Source: an uncultured virus (IMG/VR IMGVR_UViG_2541047319_000002)
Lineage: Duplodnaviria > Heunggongvirae > Uroviricota > Caudoviricetes
Reading direction: 5' to 3' (one strand)
IMG/VR virus record: IMGVR_UViG_2541047319_000002
DNA length: 64,000 bases
The notes beneath the pieces are model-generated. The model saw nothing but the letters and a program-made list of their open reading frames with translations, ran no database searches and was not told the origin of the DNA. Positions 41,139-50,612 of this stretch are shown in pieces. Both the position numbers and the translations under genes were made by a program. The first letter of the stretch is position 1. Each line of letters starts with the position of its first letter.

Positions 41139-42572
41139 TTATTCTTTATCTGAATATTTTTTTATAAAAGATATTTCTTCTGGTTCACTAAAACTATCAT
41201 TATTATTACTTATAGGTATTTTTATCGTATTATTTTTATCATCATTTATACTAAAATTTTCCTTTTCGCTTTGTTTATTGCTAAGAGTTTTTAATGCAAA
41301 TATGTAACCCAATTCTTTCTTGTATTCATCTAATGTGATTTCCTTATTATAAGCTTTTATTTTTATATCTTTAATTTCATCTTCTGCTAATTCAAATTTT
41401 TGAGCTACATCATCAACTTTAGATTTAAATAACTCAAATTCTTTTTCTTCTTTGAATGCCTGTAATGGCTCTAAACTGGCTTTTAAATTAGATATTTCTT
41501 TTTGTTTTTCAGTAAATTTCTCTATTATTTCTTTTTTTAATTTTTCTTGTCTACTAAAAACCTGTACTATTTCTCCTTCTTGTTTTTCCCTCCAAGTTTG
41601 TATATATGATTTTTTATTTTCATAATCCAAAATGACAGCATCTTCATTAACTATATATGGAATGCCATAATAATACCCCCAGTTAATTTCATCTTCAACT
41701 ATAGCAATATTCTCTTCTGGTATTAAATCATTATAATAAAAAGCTTGTACTTCAACTTTTTCACCATACCAATTCTCAGTTTCGACTTTGTATTCTTTTA
41801 ACTTATTTCTTATTTCAGTACTAAGATTACTCACTGCTAAAGCATATCCTTCAGAATTTTTATTAAGTTTTTGATTCTTATTTGGCAAATTCTTTTCCCC
41901 CTCTCCATGTTCTAATGCATAAATTTCTGAGCATATTTTTGATATTTCTTCTTTATAATTAATTTTTCTTGAAAATTTAGTTAAACAACAATTTGAACCC
42001 ATAGCTCCCTTTACATCAGAACCAAGACATGTAATTCCATGATATACATAGTCTTTTATATTATAAAATCCATCTGAATCATCTAATTGATAATCATTTA
42101 TATCTATTTCCATTGAAATTTCTATTTCATCAGAATCCATAATTATATCGTAAGCATGATTACTATATGATTTATATATATATCCTTTACATTTAACATA
42201 CTTCTGCCCATCAATTTCAACTTTTTCATATTTATTTGTTTCTGGTATAACGCCAATTATTCGTTCTTCATAATATTCTTCTAATATAAACCCTTCATCT
42301 GTTTGAACTACTTGTGTTAAAACATTATGACCATCAAAGTCATATTTTCCATCTTCATTTATTTTTACATATCCTAGAATTGGAACATTTTTTAATGTTG
42401 GTTCAGCTTTATCAATAGCTTCTTCATAAAATTTAGTTCCATTTGGATTTGTACCTTCATGCATAACATAGATATACACTGGCAAAAGATTACTATTTAG
42501 TTCTTCCAATTTTTTTTTATCTGAATAATGTTTTAAATTACAAGGTAATTTTAATATTTTTATTTTTTTCAC
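41139..42572 (-). CDS. Prohead protease/scaffold protein
   Basis: MHEGTNPNGT.F, NVPILG, SMEI, GITCLG protease-like N-domain plus coiled-coil C-terminus. Confidence 0.7.
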   Translation of the reverse strand: MKKIKILKLPCNLKHYSDKKKLEELNSNLLPVYIYVMHEGTNPNGTKFYEEAIDKAEPTLKNVPILGYVKINEDGKYDFDGHNVLTQVVQTDEGFILEEYYEERIIGVIPETNKYEKVEIDGQKYVKCKGYIYKSYSNHAYDIIMDSDEIEISMEIDINDYQLDDSDGFYNIKDYVYHGITCLGSDVKGAMGSNCCLTKFSRKINYKEEISKICSEIYALEHGEGEKNLPNKNQKLNKNSEGYALAVSNLSTEIRNKLKEYKVETENWYGEKVEVQAFYYNDLIPEENIAIVEDEINWGYYYGIPYIVNEDAVILDYENKKSYIQTWREKQEGEIVQVFSRQEKLKKEIIEKFTEKQKEISNLKASLEPLQAFKEEKEFELFKSKVDDVAQKFELAEDEIKDIKIKAYNKEITLDEYKKELGYIFALKTLSNKQSEKENFSINDDKNNTIKIPISNNNDSFSEPEEISFIKKYSDKE

Positions 42573-42578
42573 CTCCTT

Positions 42579-42770
42579 TTAAAAACGTATTTTGCTAGTA
42601 AATATAAATCTTTTCATTTCTTCATTACTGAAATTATTTATTAATTTTGATTTATTTTCAAAAACATATAAAGTCTTATTATTCAACTTGTTTTCACATA
42701 TAAAACGATATCCTTTTTCCATTAATAATTTCTTATCATCTTCAGAAAAAGCATATATAAACTTACTCAT
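42579..42770 (-). CDS. Small hypothetical protein
   Basis: ORF track; GGGGAG RBS. Confidence 0.65.
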   Translation of the reverse strand: MSKFIYAFSEDDKKLLMEKGYRFICENKLNNKTLYVFENKSKLINNFSNEEMKRFIFTSKIRF

Positions 42771-42772
42771 AA

Positions 42773-44250
42773 TTAATCATTCTCCCCATTTCCTTTTGCT
42801 TGAGTAGAATTACCATTATCTGTCCCTATATCAGATTTATCTGGTCTACCACTGCTTTGAGTATGAGATGTTTGTTGAGGTATTAAAAACTCATCAAATC
42901 CCATTAATTTTTCTGCTTGTAAAGTGTTTATAGCTTGAAGTGGAGTAAACCCAGTACTTGCAATAAACAAGCTTTTACTCCCTCCGTATCCCATATCTTC
43001 TCGATACTGTTTGGATAAATTCATTTTATTAAAGTGAGTAGTTCCAATAAACTTCATATTAAATAAATTTGCCTTCTTGTCTTTATTTAGTTCAAAGTTA
43101 ACCCAATTTTCTATCATTTGTTGAATCCTCATAGGAATTAAGCTATCTGCAATAATACCATTTAAGATAGATTCATTATTTATCTTGTCAGAGTTAAGTA
43201 AGGCTGTATTTATTCCAGCGTTATCAAATATGAACTCTTTTGCTTCTTTTACATAATCATTTATTTTAGATTTTCCATCTGAAAGAGTATGTGTTTCCAA
43301 CTCTAAAGGATTTGTAGTTATTGCTGTTCCTTTTGGTAAATTTGCTTTGTTGAATTGTGGTATATGGGAATTAAATTAAGGTCTACTAGTGGTTCATCAT
43401 TTTTGCCAAATGGTATCTTTTGATGTATTAATTTAATACTTTCTATTACTGCATTTGTGCTTTTTAAATCTTTCATATCTTCAAGCTCCATTAAATCGTC
43501 AAATATAAAGCAAAAAAATGGAACTCCTTTCACTGAATCTAAATCATAATTAAATGCTACTGCTTTATCACTTAATTGAAAATATGTATTATCAATTAAT
43601 TCTTCTCGTGTAAGTAAATTAGATTTATATTTTTTATATATGTTTTTAATTTCTTCTGGAAAGGATATTATGTTTTTGTCAGTAAGTTTTTTTATATTTA
43701 TAGCGTATCTCATTACATTATTTTCTATCATTGTTATCATACAAAATTTTGCTGGTATCTGTTGTAAAACCATCCCTGAATTATCTTCTATCTTATATAA
43801 ATAAACCTCTCCTAATTCCAATACTTTTTCGGTTATCCAAGCTGATGTAAATTTTATATTATATTTTTCTAATTGACTCGCCGAATTCATATATGCTTTT
43901 GTTATTTTTTCTTTTGTTTTTAATCTACTTATGTCTTTTGGGTATAAGATATGGTCAAAAGTATTCATATTAGATATTAAATTTAAAACTCTTCTATATG
44001 TACCAGATGTAGCTTTTAATATCATACTTGCATCCTGAAGTATATCTGTATTTGAAATTTGATATGGATTGGAGAGAGCTTTTCTTAATTTGTCTCTGCT
44101 TATACTTCTTAACTTATACATTTCTGTTGCTAATGTTGTGGATTCTTTTACTGAGGCATATTTTCCAATTTGAGCATTTAGCATATTGATTTGATTTTGT
44201 GTAGAATTGTTGTCTTTAGACTTGCTTTTATTATTATTTTTTTTGCCCAC
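42773..44250 (-). CDS. Portal protein, frameshifted near 43347
   Basis: Track ORFs 43318-44250 and 42773-43300 join on adding one base: HNSTK|ANLPKGTAITTNPLELETH; follows terminase. Confidence 0.75.
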
Positions 44251-44266
44251 TTATTCACCTCATCTC

Positions 44267-46015
44267 TTACCAATAAATCATAACAGTTTTTTGATTATTT
44301 CTATTTTTTCTTTTCTCTTTTTCTTCCAGATAATCTGCTAAGAAATTCGTATAAGCCAAACTAGAATATCTATCTTTTCTTGCTCCACTTTTTTCCTTTA
44401 TTTTAATTTTTCCTCCATCAGCACTATATTCTAAATTTATTAACTCATTCACTAAAGCCGTTGTTTGAAGATAAGGGGCAATATATTTTGCTTCCAATTC
44501 TGCCTTTTTATCTATTTCGTCTGCCTTTATCATTTCTTTTTCTAATATCATTTCTTTTGCTTCAATATCACTTATAGGAAGTTCTAAGGTTCTATTTGTA
44601 AGGACATCTCTTAAAGACATAGCCATTTTATGATTTTCATCAGCGTAAGCTTTCATGGAGTATACAACAGGAAGTGATTTTTTTGCTAGTGACTTGTCAA
44701 CAGTATTATCTTCATTAAAACATGTGTAAGCATCATACCATTCATCTCTATCTGAATCATAATTTGCTTTCTGTATATAGCTCCATACAGTTGTTCCTAT
44801 ACCTTGTGTATCTAATATCATATAATCTGCCTGAAAATCTGAAAATAATTGTTTTAATCTTATTGCTTGTTTTTCAGCTTCCATACCATTATAAGCTTCT
44901 ATATGGACAACACATCTTTTATATGTGCCTTCATTTGGAAGCATCCTCATCAAAGTATAAATAGAATTATCATTCTTAACTCCTCTGGCCAAAGCTATAT
45001 CTGCACCAATAATCCGTATTTCTCCTTTTATCTTATTAAGATGATATTTCTTATCTCTTTTTTTCTTATTTTCAAGATACTCTATATCACTAGGAGGATA
45101 AAACATACTTTCTAATACCCTACATGGATTCACCCAAGATGACTTGAAGAAAGCATCATCTGATTCATTATAAAACACTCCACAATACTCCATCATGAAA
45201 GAAGCATCACTCATACTCTCTTTTTTCATTTCTTTAAGTATTCTTTTTTTAGTTAATAGTCCATGTTCTAAAGAGCAAGTGAATGGAATACTACATGCAA
45301 ACATATCTTCACCACTAAGCATACCTTTTACTGTTTCCATAAACTTTTTATAACTCCAATGCTGAGAATACCAGCCTGAACTAAGATAAATTTCTTTATT
45401 CTCTTCTTGCATATATCTATATTTAGGATTCTGTAAATATCCTGGTTGTCTTGGGTTTGTTAAAAATGGAACTAAAACATCATTCACAGTTCCTTCATCC
45501 ACCATTCTATATTCATCAACAATAAGAACATTAGCTCTGTAACCTCTTGCATCATCATTAGATACAACAGCTTCTATTCTACTTCCATTCCAAAAATCTA
45601 TAGATACTTCTTGTGCATTTACTTGGAAACTTTTAATTTCTCTTTTCAGAGTATCTGATTTTAAATATAAATCACCTAAAATTTTACTTGTAATAAGTAG
45701 TTTTGCTTGTTTCTTTCTTTTTGCTGCTATTAAAACACAAGTACCTGGTTTTAATACAGCTATAACACAACAAAACACTCCTAGAAGCCATGATTTTCCC
45801 AGTCCACGAGAAGCAATAAATACAAATTGGTCAGACTTCATCATCATATAAATTAATATCTGTTGAAATAAATGTAGATTAAATCCAAAGTAATCCATAC
45901 AGAATCTATGTGGATTTGCGAGATAAAAAGCACCCCAATACTCTCCTATACTCTCTAGTAGATTTCGGGATGAATCATTAGATGACAGCTCTCTTTTTTC
46001 ATATTTAGTCCTCAT
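44267..46015 (-). CDS. terL: Terminase large subunit
   Basis: Walker A ASRGLGKS, Walker B LIVDE, coupling motif YLSS, nuclease ADIA and KDRYSS. Confidence 0.92.
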   Translation of the reverse strand: MRTKYEKRELSSNDSSRNLLESIGEYWGAFYLANPHRFCMDYFGFNLHLFQQILIYMMMKSDQFVFIASRGLGKSWLLGVFCCVIAVLKPGTCVLIAAKRKKQAKLLITSKILGDLYLKSDTLKREIKSFQVNAQEVSIDFWNGSRIEAVVSNDDARGYRANVLIVDEYRMVDEGTVNDVLVPFLTNPRQPGYLQNPKYRYMQEENKEIYLSSGWYSQHWSYKKFMETVKGMLSGEDMFACSIPFTCSLEHGLLTKKRILKEMKKESMSDASFMMEYCGVFYNESDDAFFKSSWVNPCRVLESMFYPPSDIEYLENKKKRDKKYHLNKIKGEIRIIGADIALARGVKNDNSIYTLMRMLPNEGTYKRCVVHIEAYNGMEAEKQAIRLKQLFSDFQADYMILDTQGIGTTVWSYIQKANYDSDRDEWYDAYTCFNEDNTVDKSLAKKSLPVVYSMKAYADENHKMAMSLRDVLTNRTLELPISDIEAKEMILEKEMIKADEIDKKAELEAKYIAPYLQTTALVNELINLEYSADGGKIKIKEKSGARKDRYSSLAYTNFLADYLEEKEKRKNRNNQKTVMIYW

Positions 46016-46904
46016 TTTTATTACCTTCTAAAATGTCTCTTACATCATCTTTAAATTTAATATCTTTATCGCCATCATTTATCGAATACTTACCTGTAGC
46101 TAAACCTAATGCAACAGCAAGTGGTTTTTTCATATGTTTATTTACATAAGCTTCAAATCCATCTACATCTTCATATTCCTTTAACCTATCCTTTACAGGT
46201 TGATTTTTTTCATATATCATCATTTTCATTCCAAATGTATCATCTTGCGAATCTCCAGCTTTCTTTTTCTGACTAGGCTTTATTTCAGCATCTTGCATTT
46301 TACTTGATACTAATTTAGATAAATCATTAAAAGCTTTCATATCTCCCTTTTCTCTTGATTTATCTTTTTCTAATTCAATAATACAAATCTCTTCAAACAA
46401 TTTTCTTTCAGTTAATGACTCTGGTTCATAATATTCTTTATATTCCTTATATTTTCTTTCTAAGATTTTATACTCATAATCATCAAAACCTCTTCCCCAT
46501 TTTAATTTAATTTCATCATTTATGACTATATTTTTATCATTATTATTTTCTGTATATATTTCTTTCAATAAATTATCTAAAGATGTCTTTCCCTTATATT
46601 TTGAATTTCTATTAATAATTTTCATATATTCATCTATTAATTCATCTTTATTTTTTTTATCTGCAAGTTCTTTAGCTAATTTTTCATCAAAATAAACATC
46701 AAAGTTGAAACATATATGTTTTAGTGCCTTTACAAGTTCTCCATTGTAACACCCATTTAATAGTAAAAACCTAGCTCTAAAACATTCTTTGCATACTGGA
46801 AGTCTTTTATTTAAAGTAAATATTTCACTATGACTTTTCCAAAAATATCTATCTGTATATTTTTCTTCACCACAATTCAAACACTTTGTTTTACTAATTG
46901 CCAT
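46005..46904 (-). CDS. Zn-finger protein upstream of terL (possible small terminase)
   Basis: CLNC...CKEC; overlaps terL start. Confidence 0.55.
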   Translation of the reverse strand: MAISKTKCLNCGEEKYTDRYFWKSHSEIFTLNKRLPVCKECFRARFLLLNGCYNGELVKALKHICFNFDVYFDEKLAKELADKKNKDELIDEYMKIINRNSKYKGKTSLDNLLKEIYTENNNDKNIVINDEIKLKWGRGFDDYEYKILERKYKEYKEYYEPESLTERKLFEEICIIELEKDKSREKGDMKAFNDLSKLVSSKMQDAEIKPSQKKKAGDSQDDTFGMKMMIYEKNQPVKDRLKEYEDVDGFEAYVNKHMKKPLAVALGLATGKYSINDGDKDIKFKDDVRDILEGNKNED

Positions 46905-47034
46905 TCATAACATCACCACCATTAAAAAAGACCACTAGAGATTTAATTCTCTAGTGGTTAATAGGGAGATTCAACTCAATTAAGAGCTGAATTAAATTTA
47001 CAATATAAACTTAACTCAGCTCTTAATAAATAAC

Positions 47035-48258
47035 TTATAGCTTACTTAAATTTATATTGTAAGTACATATTCTCCCACTTTCATTAAATATCATTAATTT
47101 TTGCATTGCGTGTGAACTTAATCTTAGATTCTTAGCATAAGAATCCGTTCCGGAGAAACTTCCATTTACACATATTTCACTTTCTCCATAATTATCTTCC
47201 TTACAATTGTGTAGATGAGCCATAAAGATATAATCAGGAATTAATTTTATAAGAGAGGTCAGTTTAGGAATTGCTGTAGACATTTTATCTTTATCTCCAT
47301 GTACTGCGAAACATGTATTTCCACATATTTTAGCTACTATTATGTCATTATCATATATATTTTCTTGGAATATTACATTGCCTAAACTTTTAATTCTTAG
47401 CTTTATATATTCATCTATTAATAGTGTAAAATTATCTTTATCTAAATTTTCATCTTTTTTAGGAAGAATTCTATCATGATTTCCACCAACTGAATAAACA
47501 ATAATTTTATCAATTTCTTTAGATAATTCATATATAAATTCACTAAGTATTTCAGATACTTCTATAATTTGCTCAACTATATTTTCTCTATTTTCTAATC
47601 TTATAGAATTATGTATGTGACCAGAGATTAAATCTCCAAGTAGCATTACATGCAGTCTATTAATCTTATGCAACTTACTATATTCAATAATTTTATCTTT
47701 TAAATATTGTATTCTTATCTTGAATATTTCTGAATTATATCTATTAAATGCATTAATAATCTCTAATCCATAATGTATGTCTGAAATTAGCATAATAGCC
47801 TCTTGATTTGAAGATTCATAGCATTTGTAACTAGAATCACTTAGAAATGGCTTATGAAGTGATATATCATCTATTTTATTATTAAATAAATCAATTATAT
47901 TATCTATTCTTGAATATTCTCTTATTTTCTTATTTACTAATGACCTTTCATCAGATAACTGTACTTTTATCTTTTTCAGCTCTAATATTTTCTCATTTAT
48001 TTTATCAATCTCTTCTTGAGCAGAATTATCTTGTACTTTAGAATTAAGATAATCAAAAGCCTCTTTCAACCCATAAGAAACCTTCCTACAATGGTCTGGA
48101 GAACATTCTAACCCTAATAGTTCAACTATCTCTCCCCAATCCAAATCTATCTCTTTATTAACCTTTGCTAGTCGTATTCTAATCCTATAGTCAACTAGTG
48201 ACTCATCTTCTTTTTTCTTCAATATGTCTTCCATATTTAATATCTCCCTGTTTATCAC
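47035..48258 (-). CDS. Calcineurin-like metallophosphoesterase (SPbeta YonJ-like)
   Basis: SDIHYG, GDLISG, GNHDR, HGD, HLH motifs. Confidence 0.85.
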   Translation of the reverse strand: MINREILNMEDILKKKEDESLVDYRIRIRLAKVNKEIDLDWGEIVELLGLECSPDHCRKVSYGLKEAFDYLNSKVQDNSAQEEIDKINEKILELKKIKVQLSDERSLVNKKIREYSRIDNIIDLFNNKIDDISLHKPFLSDSSYKCYESSNQEAIMLISDIHYGLEIINAFNRYNSEIFKIRIQYLKDKIIEYSKLHKINRLHVMLLGDLISGHIHNSIRLENRENIVEQIIEVSEILSEFIYELSKEIDKIIVYSVGGNHDRILPKKDENLDKDNFTLLIDEYIKLRIKSLGNVIFQENIYDNDIIVAKICGNTCFAVHGDKDKMSTAIPKLTSLIKLIPDYIFMAHLHNCKEDNYGESEICVNGSFSGTDSYAKNLRLSSHAMQKLMIFNESGRICTYNINLSKL

Positions 48259-48310
48259 ATAAATATCATTATCAATATATTAAGTAAAAAATAAATAGTC
48301 CAATATTGAT

Positions 48311-48499
48311 TTATTGGACTATTGTTTCACTTAATCTTATCGTTATGTTTAAATCTGTATCACCAGTATACTTATCCAAAACATCACTAAGTAATACTTC
48401 ATGGTCTCCATCTTTCAAATGTTCTATAATTTTATATGTATTATTTTCTTGTTTTATTATTTCACATTTTTCTAATACTGTTCCTTTATTATTTTTCAT
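48311..48499 (-). CDS. Small acidic protein (YonK-like)
   Basis: 62 aa; L.DVL.KY.G...NITI resembles SPbeta YonK; adjacent to YonJ-like gene. Confidence 0.5.
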   Translation of the reverse strand: MKNNKGTVLEKCEIIKQENNTYKIIEHLKDGDHEVLLSDVLDKYTGDTDLNITIRLSETIVQ

Positions 48500-48548
48500 G
48501 CACTTTCACCTTTTTTATAATTTTATTAACTCTACTGGGAATATATTT

Positions 48549-48846
48549 ATTTGCAAATTAGGCAGCCTTGTAGCTAACAATAGCTAATATAAGTTAACGC
48601 ATTTAGCATTTATCAAGGATTTTCTATAACTTTTTTATTTTATTTTTACTATTTTAATAATTTAATCTTTTATCCTTGAGATTTTATATTTGAATTTTTA
48701 ACTTTAAACTTTATATCTATTGTTCTCTTTTATACAGTACAATCGTTTCGTTTGTATGTACCCATCACTTTTATATAAGCAGTTTGATTTTTAACCCAAA
48801 ATCAAATGGGAACTTATAATTTATGTTATTCGCCTAACCTGCAAAT
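48549..48846 (-). ncRNA. Candidate structured ncRNA with 7-nt periodic A-rich repeats
   Basis: 15-bp closing stem AUUUGCAGGUUAGGC/GCCUAAUUUGCAAAU (two G.U on this strand), internal hairpins, heptamer run. Confidence 0.6.
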
Positions 48847-48868
48847 TAAAAAATAGTCCAATTAAGGA

Positions 48869-49486
48869 CTATTTTAAATCTACATCTATAATTGTAAGTG
48901 CATTTGATGTACTCAATGCAAAATCAACTTCTTTTTCAAATTCTTCTATTTCATCCCTTAACTTTTCTATTTTCTCTCTTATTTTTAAAGGGTCTACTAA
49001 AGACCATTCTTGTTGTTTTTTATAAAATGAAATAAGTTCTGCTCCATCTTTACTTTTTTCTTTTTCCTCAAACATTCTGTCTGTATTTTTTTGCACTTCT
49101 TCATTTCTACGATTTACTTCAGACATCATACAATCATAGTTACTAACCATTTGTCTCAACAAGGATTTATCTAATTCTATACTATTTTTTCTTTTTATTG
49201 CTTCTAAAACTGTATAATTTTTATTACAAATTTGAACATTTGTTATAGCATTAGAGATATTAATTGCTTTATCTAATGCGTTATAATTATATATTAAATC
49301 TTCTATTTGTTGGTATTTACTTGAAACTTCTACATTAAAATCTTCTACACTTGTTTTTGTTTCATATACATTTTTATCAGAGCCTTTTTTAGTACCTACA
49401 ATTTTAAAATTACTAATGCATCTATCTATCTTATCTTCTAATAACTTCTTTTCTGCTAAAGCTTTATGAACATTATATTTAACCAT
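48869..49486 (-). CDS. Coiled-coil protein (DIP1984/DUF6847-like)
   Basis: N-terminal VHKALAEKKLLEDKI, TVLEAIKRK, LVDPL and C-terminal EVDFALSTSNALT.I. Confidence 0.6.
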   Translation of the reverse strand: MVKYNVHKALAEKKLLEDKIDRCISNFKIVGTKKGSDKNVYETKTSVEDFNVEVSSKYQQIEDLIYNYNALDKAINISNAITNVQICNKNYTVLEAIKRKNSIELDKSLLRQMVSNYDCMMSEVNRRNEEVQKNTDRMFEEKEKSKDGAELISFYKKQQEWSLVDPLKIREKIEKLRDEIEEFEKEVDFALSTSNALTIIDVDLK

Positions 49487-49542
49487 AAAAACATCTCCCT
49501 TTTAATTAAGATATTATTTAAAAATAACAAACTTTTTTTTAT

Positions 49543-49633
49543 TGGAAGAGAGGAAGGGATTTGAACCCTCGTATCAAATTAATTGACCTAATAGTTTAGC
49601 AAACTATCCTCTTTACCACTTGAGTACCTCTCC
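49543..49633 (-). tRNA. tRNA-Ser(GCT)
   Basis: GGAGAGG acceptor, anticodon arm ATAGT-TTGCTAA-ACTAT, long variable arm, GAGGG-TTCAAAT-CCCTT T arm, encoded CCA. Confidence 0.93.
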
Positions 49634-49644
49634 ATATTTCTATA

Positions 49645-50190
49645 AATTACAAACAGCAAGTCGAGTATCGCTACCTTCGACCATGGTCAAGTGCTGTATT
49701 TTAAAACTCCGACAGCTCGGATAGCGTGGCTGTTTTTTCACACTAAAGAATCTTTTTTAATTGTCCACTATTTGGTAGAACATCACCACTTTTTTATAAA
49801 TAAATCCACATAAAAATTACTTAGTTCAAAAGACTATTTGATTTATTCACAATTTCTTCAGTTTTTTATTAGCCAGGTACACCAACAAACTCCTCTAATT
49901 TTAAAAAGCAGAAGTAGAATCTGTTACCTCAAATTCTACTTCTTTATTCTTACACCTTTAAGGCATACTAGGGCATTCACCGTATCTATTTCAAGTTATA
50001 TGTTGCTCATCAACCTCGTGTATATTTGCCACGCTATATTCATTTTAGCAGCATCATCATCTTATATTTGTAAAATACCTATTACCAGCCACTAGAGCTT
50101 CTCAAAATGAGCTATCTCTGCTAATTGTATTAATTTTTAGCATATTCTAGGTTTGCTACCATATGTCACCATATGAAAGGGCTTTTAACC
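49645..50190 (-). ncRNA. Candidate large structured ncRNA between HU gene and tRNA
   Basis: No credible ORF, raised GC, many hairpins, 10-bp long-range pair 50028-50037/49721-49730. Confidence 0.5.
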
Positions 50191-50200
50191 CATACACTCT

Positions 50201-50479
50201 CTATATAATTGCATCTTTTAAAGATTTAGCTATTTTTAATTTTGGAACTCTTTTTTCCTCAGTTTTCCAAGGTTTTTTAGTTCCATCTTTAAGAGTTATT
50301 TCTCCTTCTTTACCTTTTTGTATTTTAGTTAGGTATTTAACTCCCATCAACGTCAATTCTTCACCATCTTGTAGTACTTCGTTTCTTTTTTTTTCTATCA
50401 CATCAAGTATCTCTCTTACTCTTATCTGTGATACACCTAATTCTTCTGCTACTTCTTTTAAAAAATCTACTTTTTTCAT
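50201..50479 (-). CDS. HU-like DNA-binding protein
   Basis: MKKVDFLKEVAEELGVS...GEELTL.GV...VPKLKIAKSLKDAI HU/IHF pattern. Confidence 0.8.
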   Translation of the reverse strand: MKKVDFLKEVAEELGVSQIRVREILDVIEKKRNEVLQDGEELTLMGVKYLTKIQKGKEGEITLKDGTKKPWKTEEKRVPKLKIAKSLKDAII

Positions 50480-50612
50480 ATCTTCTTAATCTCCCTTTTC
50501 TTATATAATTTTCATTTGATAATAGTAAGGAATAATTTTATTATTTTTATTAACCCCTTACATAAGTAATATGTTTTAAGCGACCCTTTTTTAAACCACT
50601 TTTCCCCACCAG

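Noticed and set aside
49838..50095. 85-aa plus-strand ORF
   Set aside because: No RBS, opposite to local transcription, overlaps structured non-coding region
50090..50190. c-di-GMP riboswitch or fourth complete group I intron
   Set aside because: Partial resemblance only; could not assemble the riboswitch consensus, a P3/P7 core or a 3' exon
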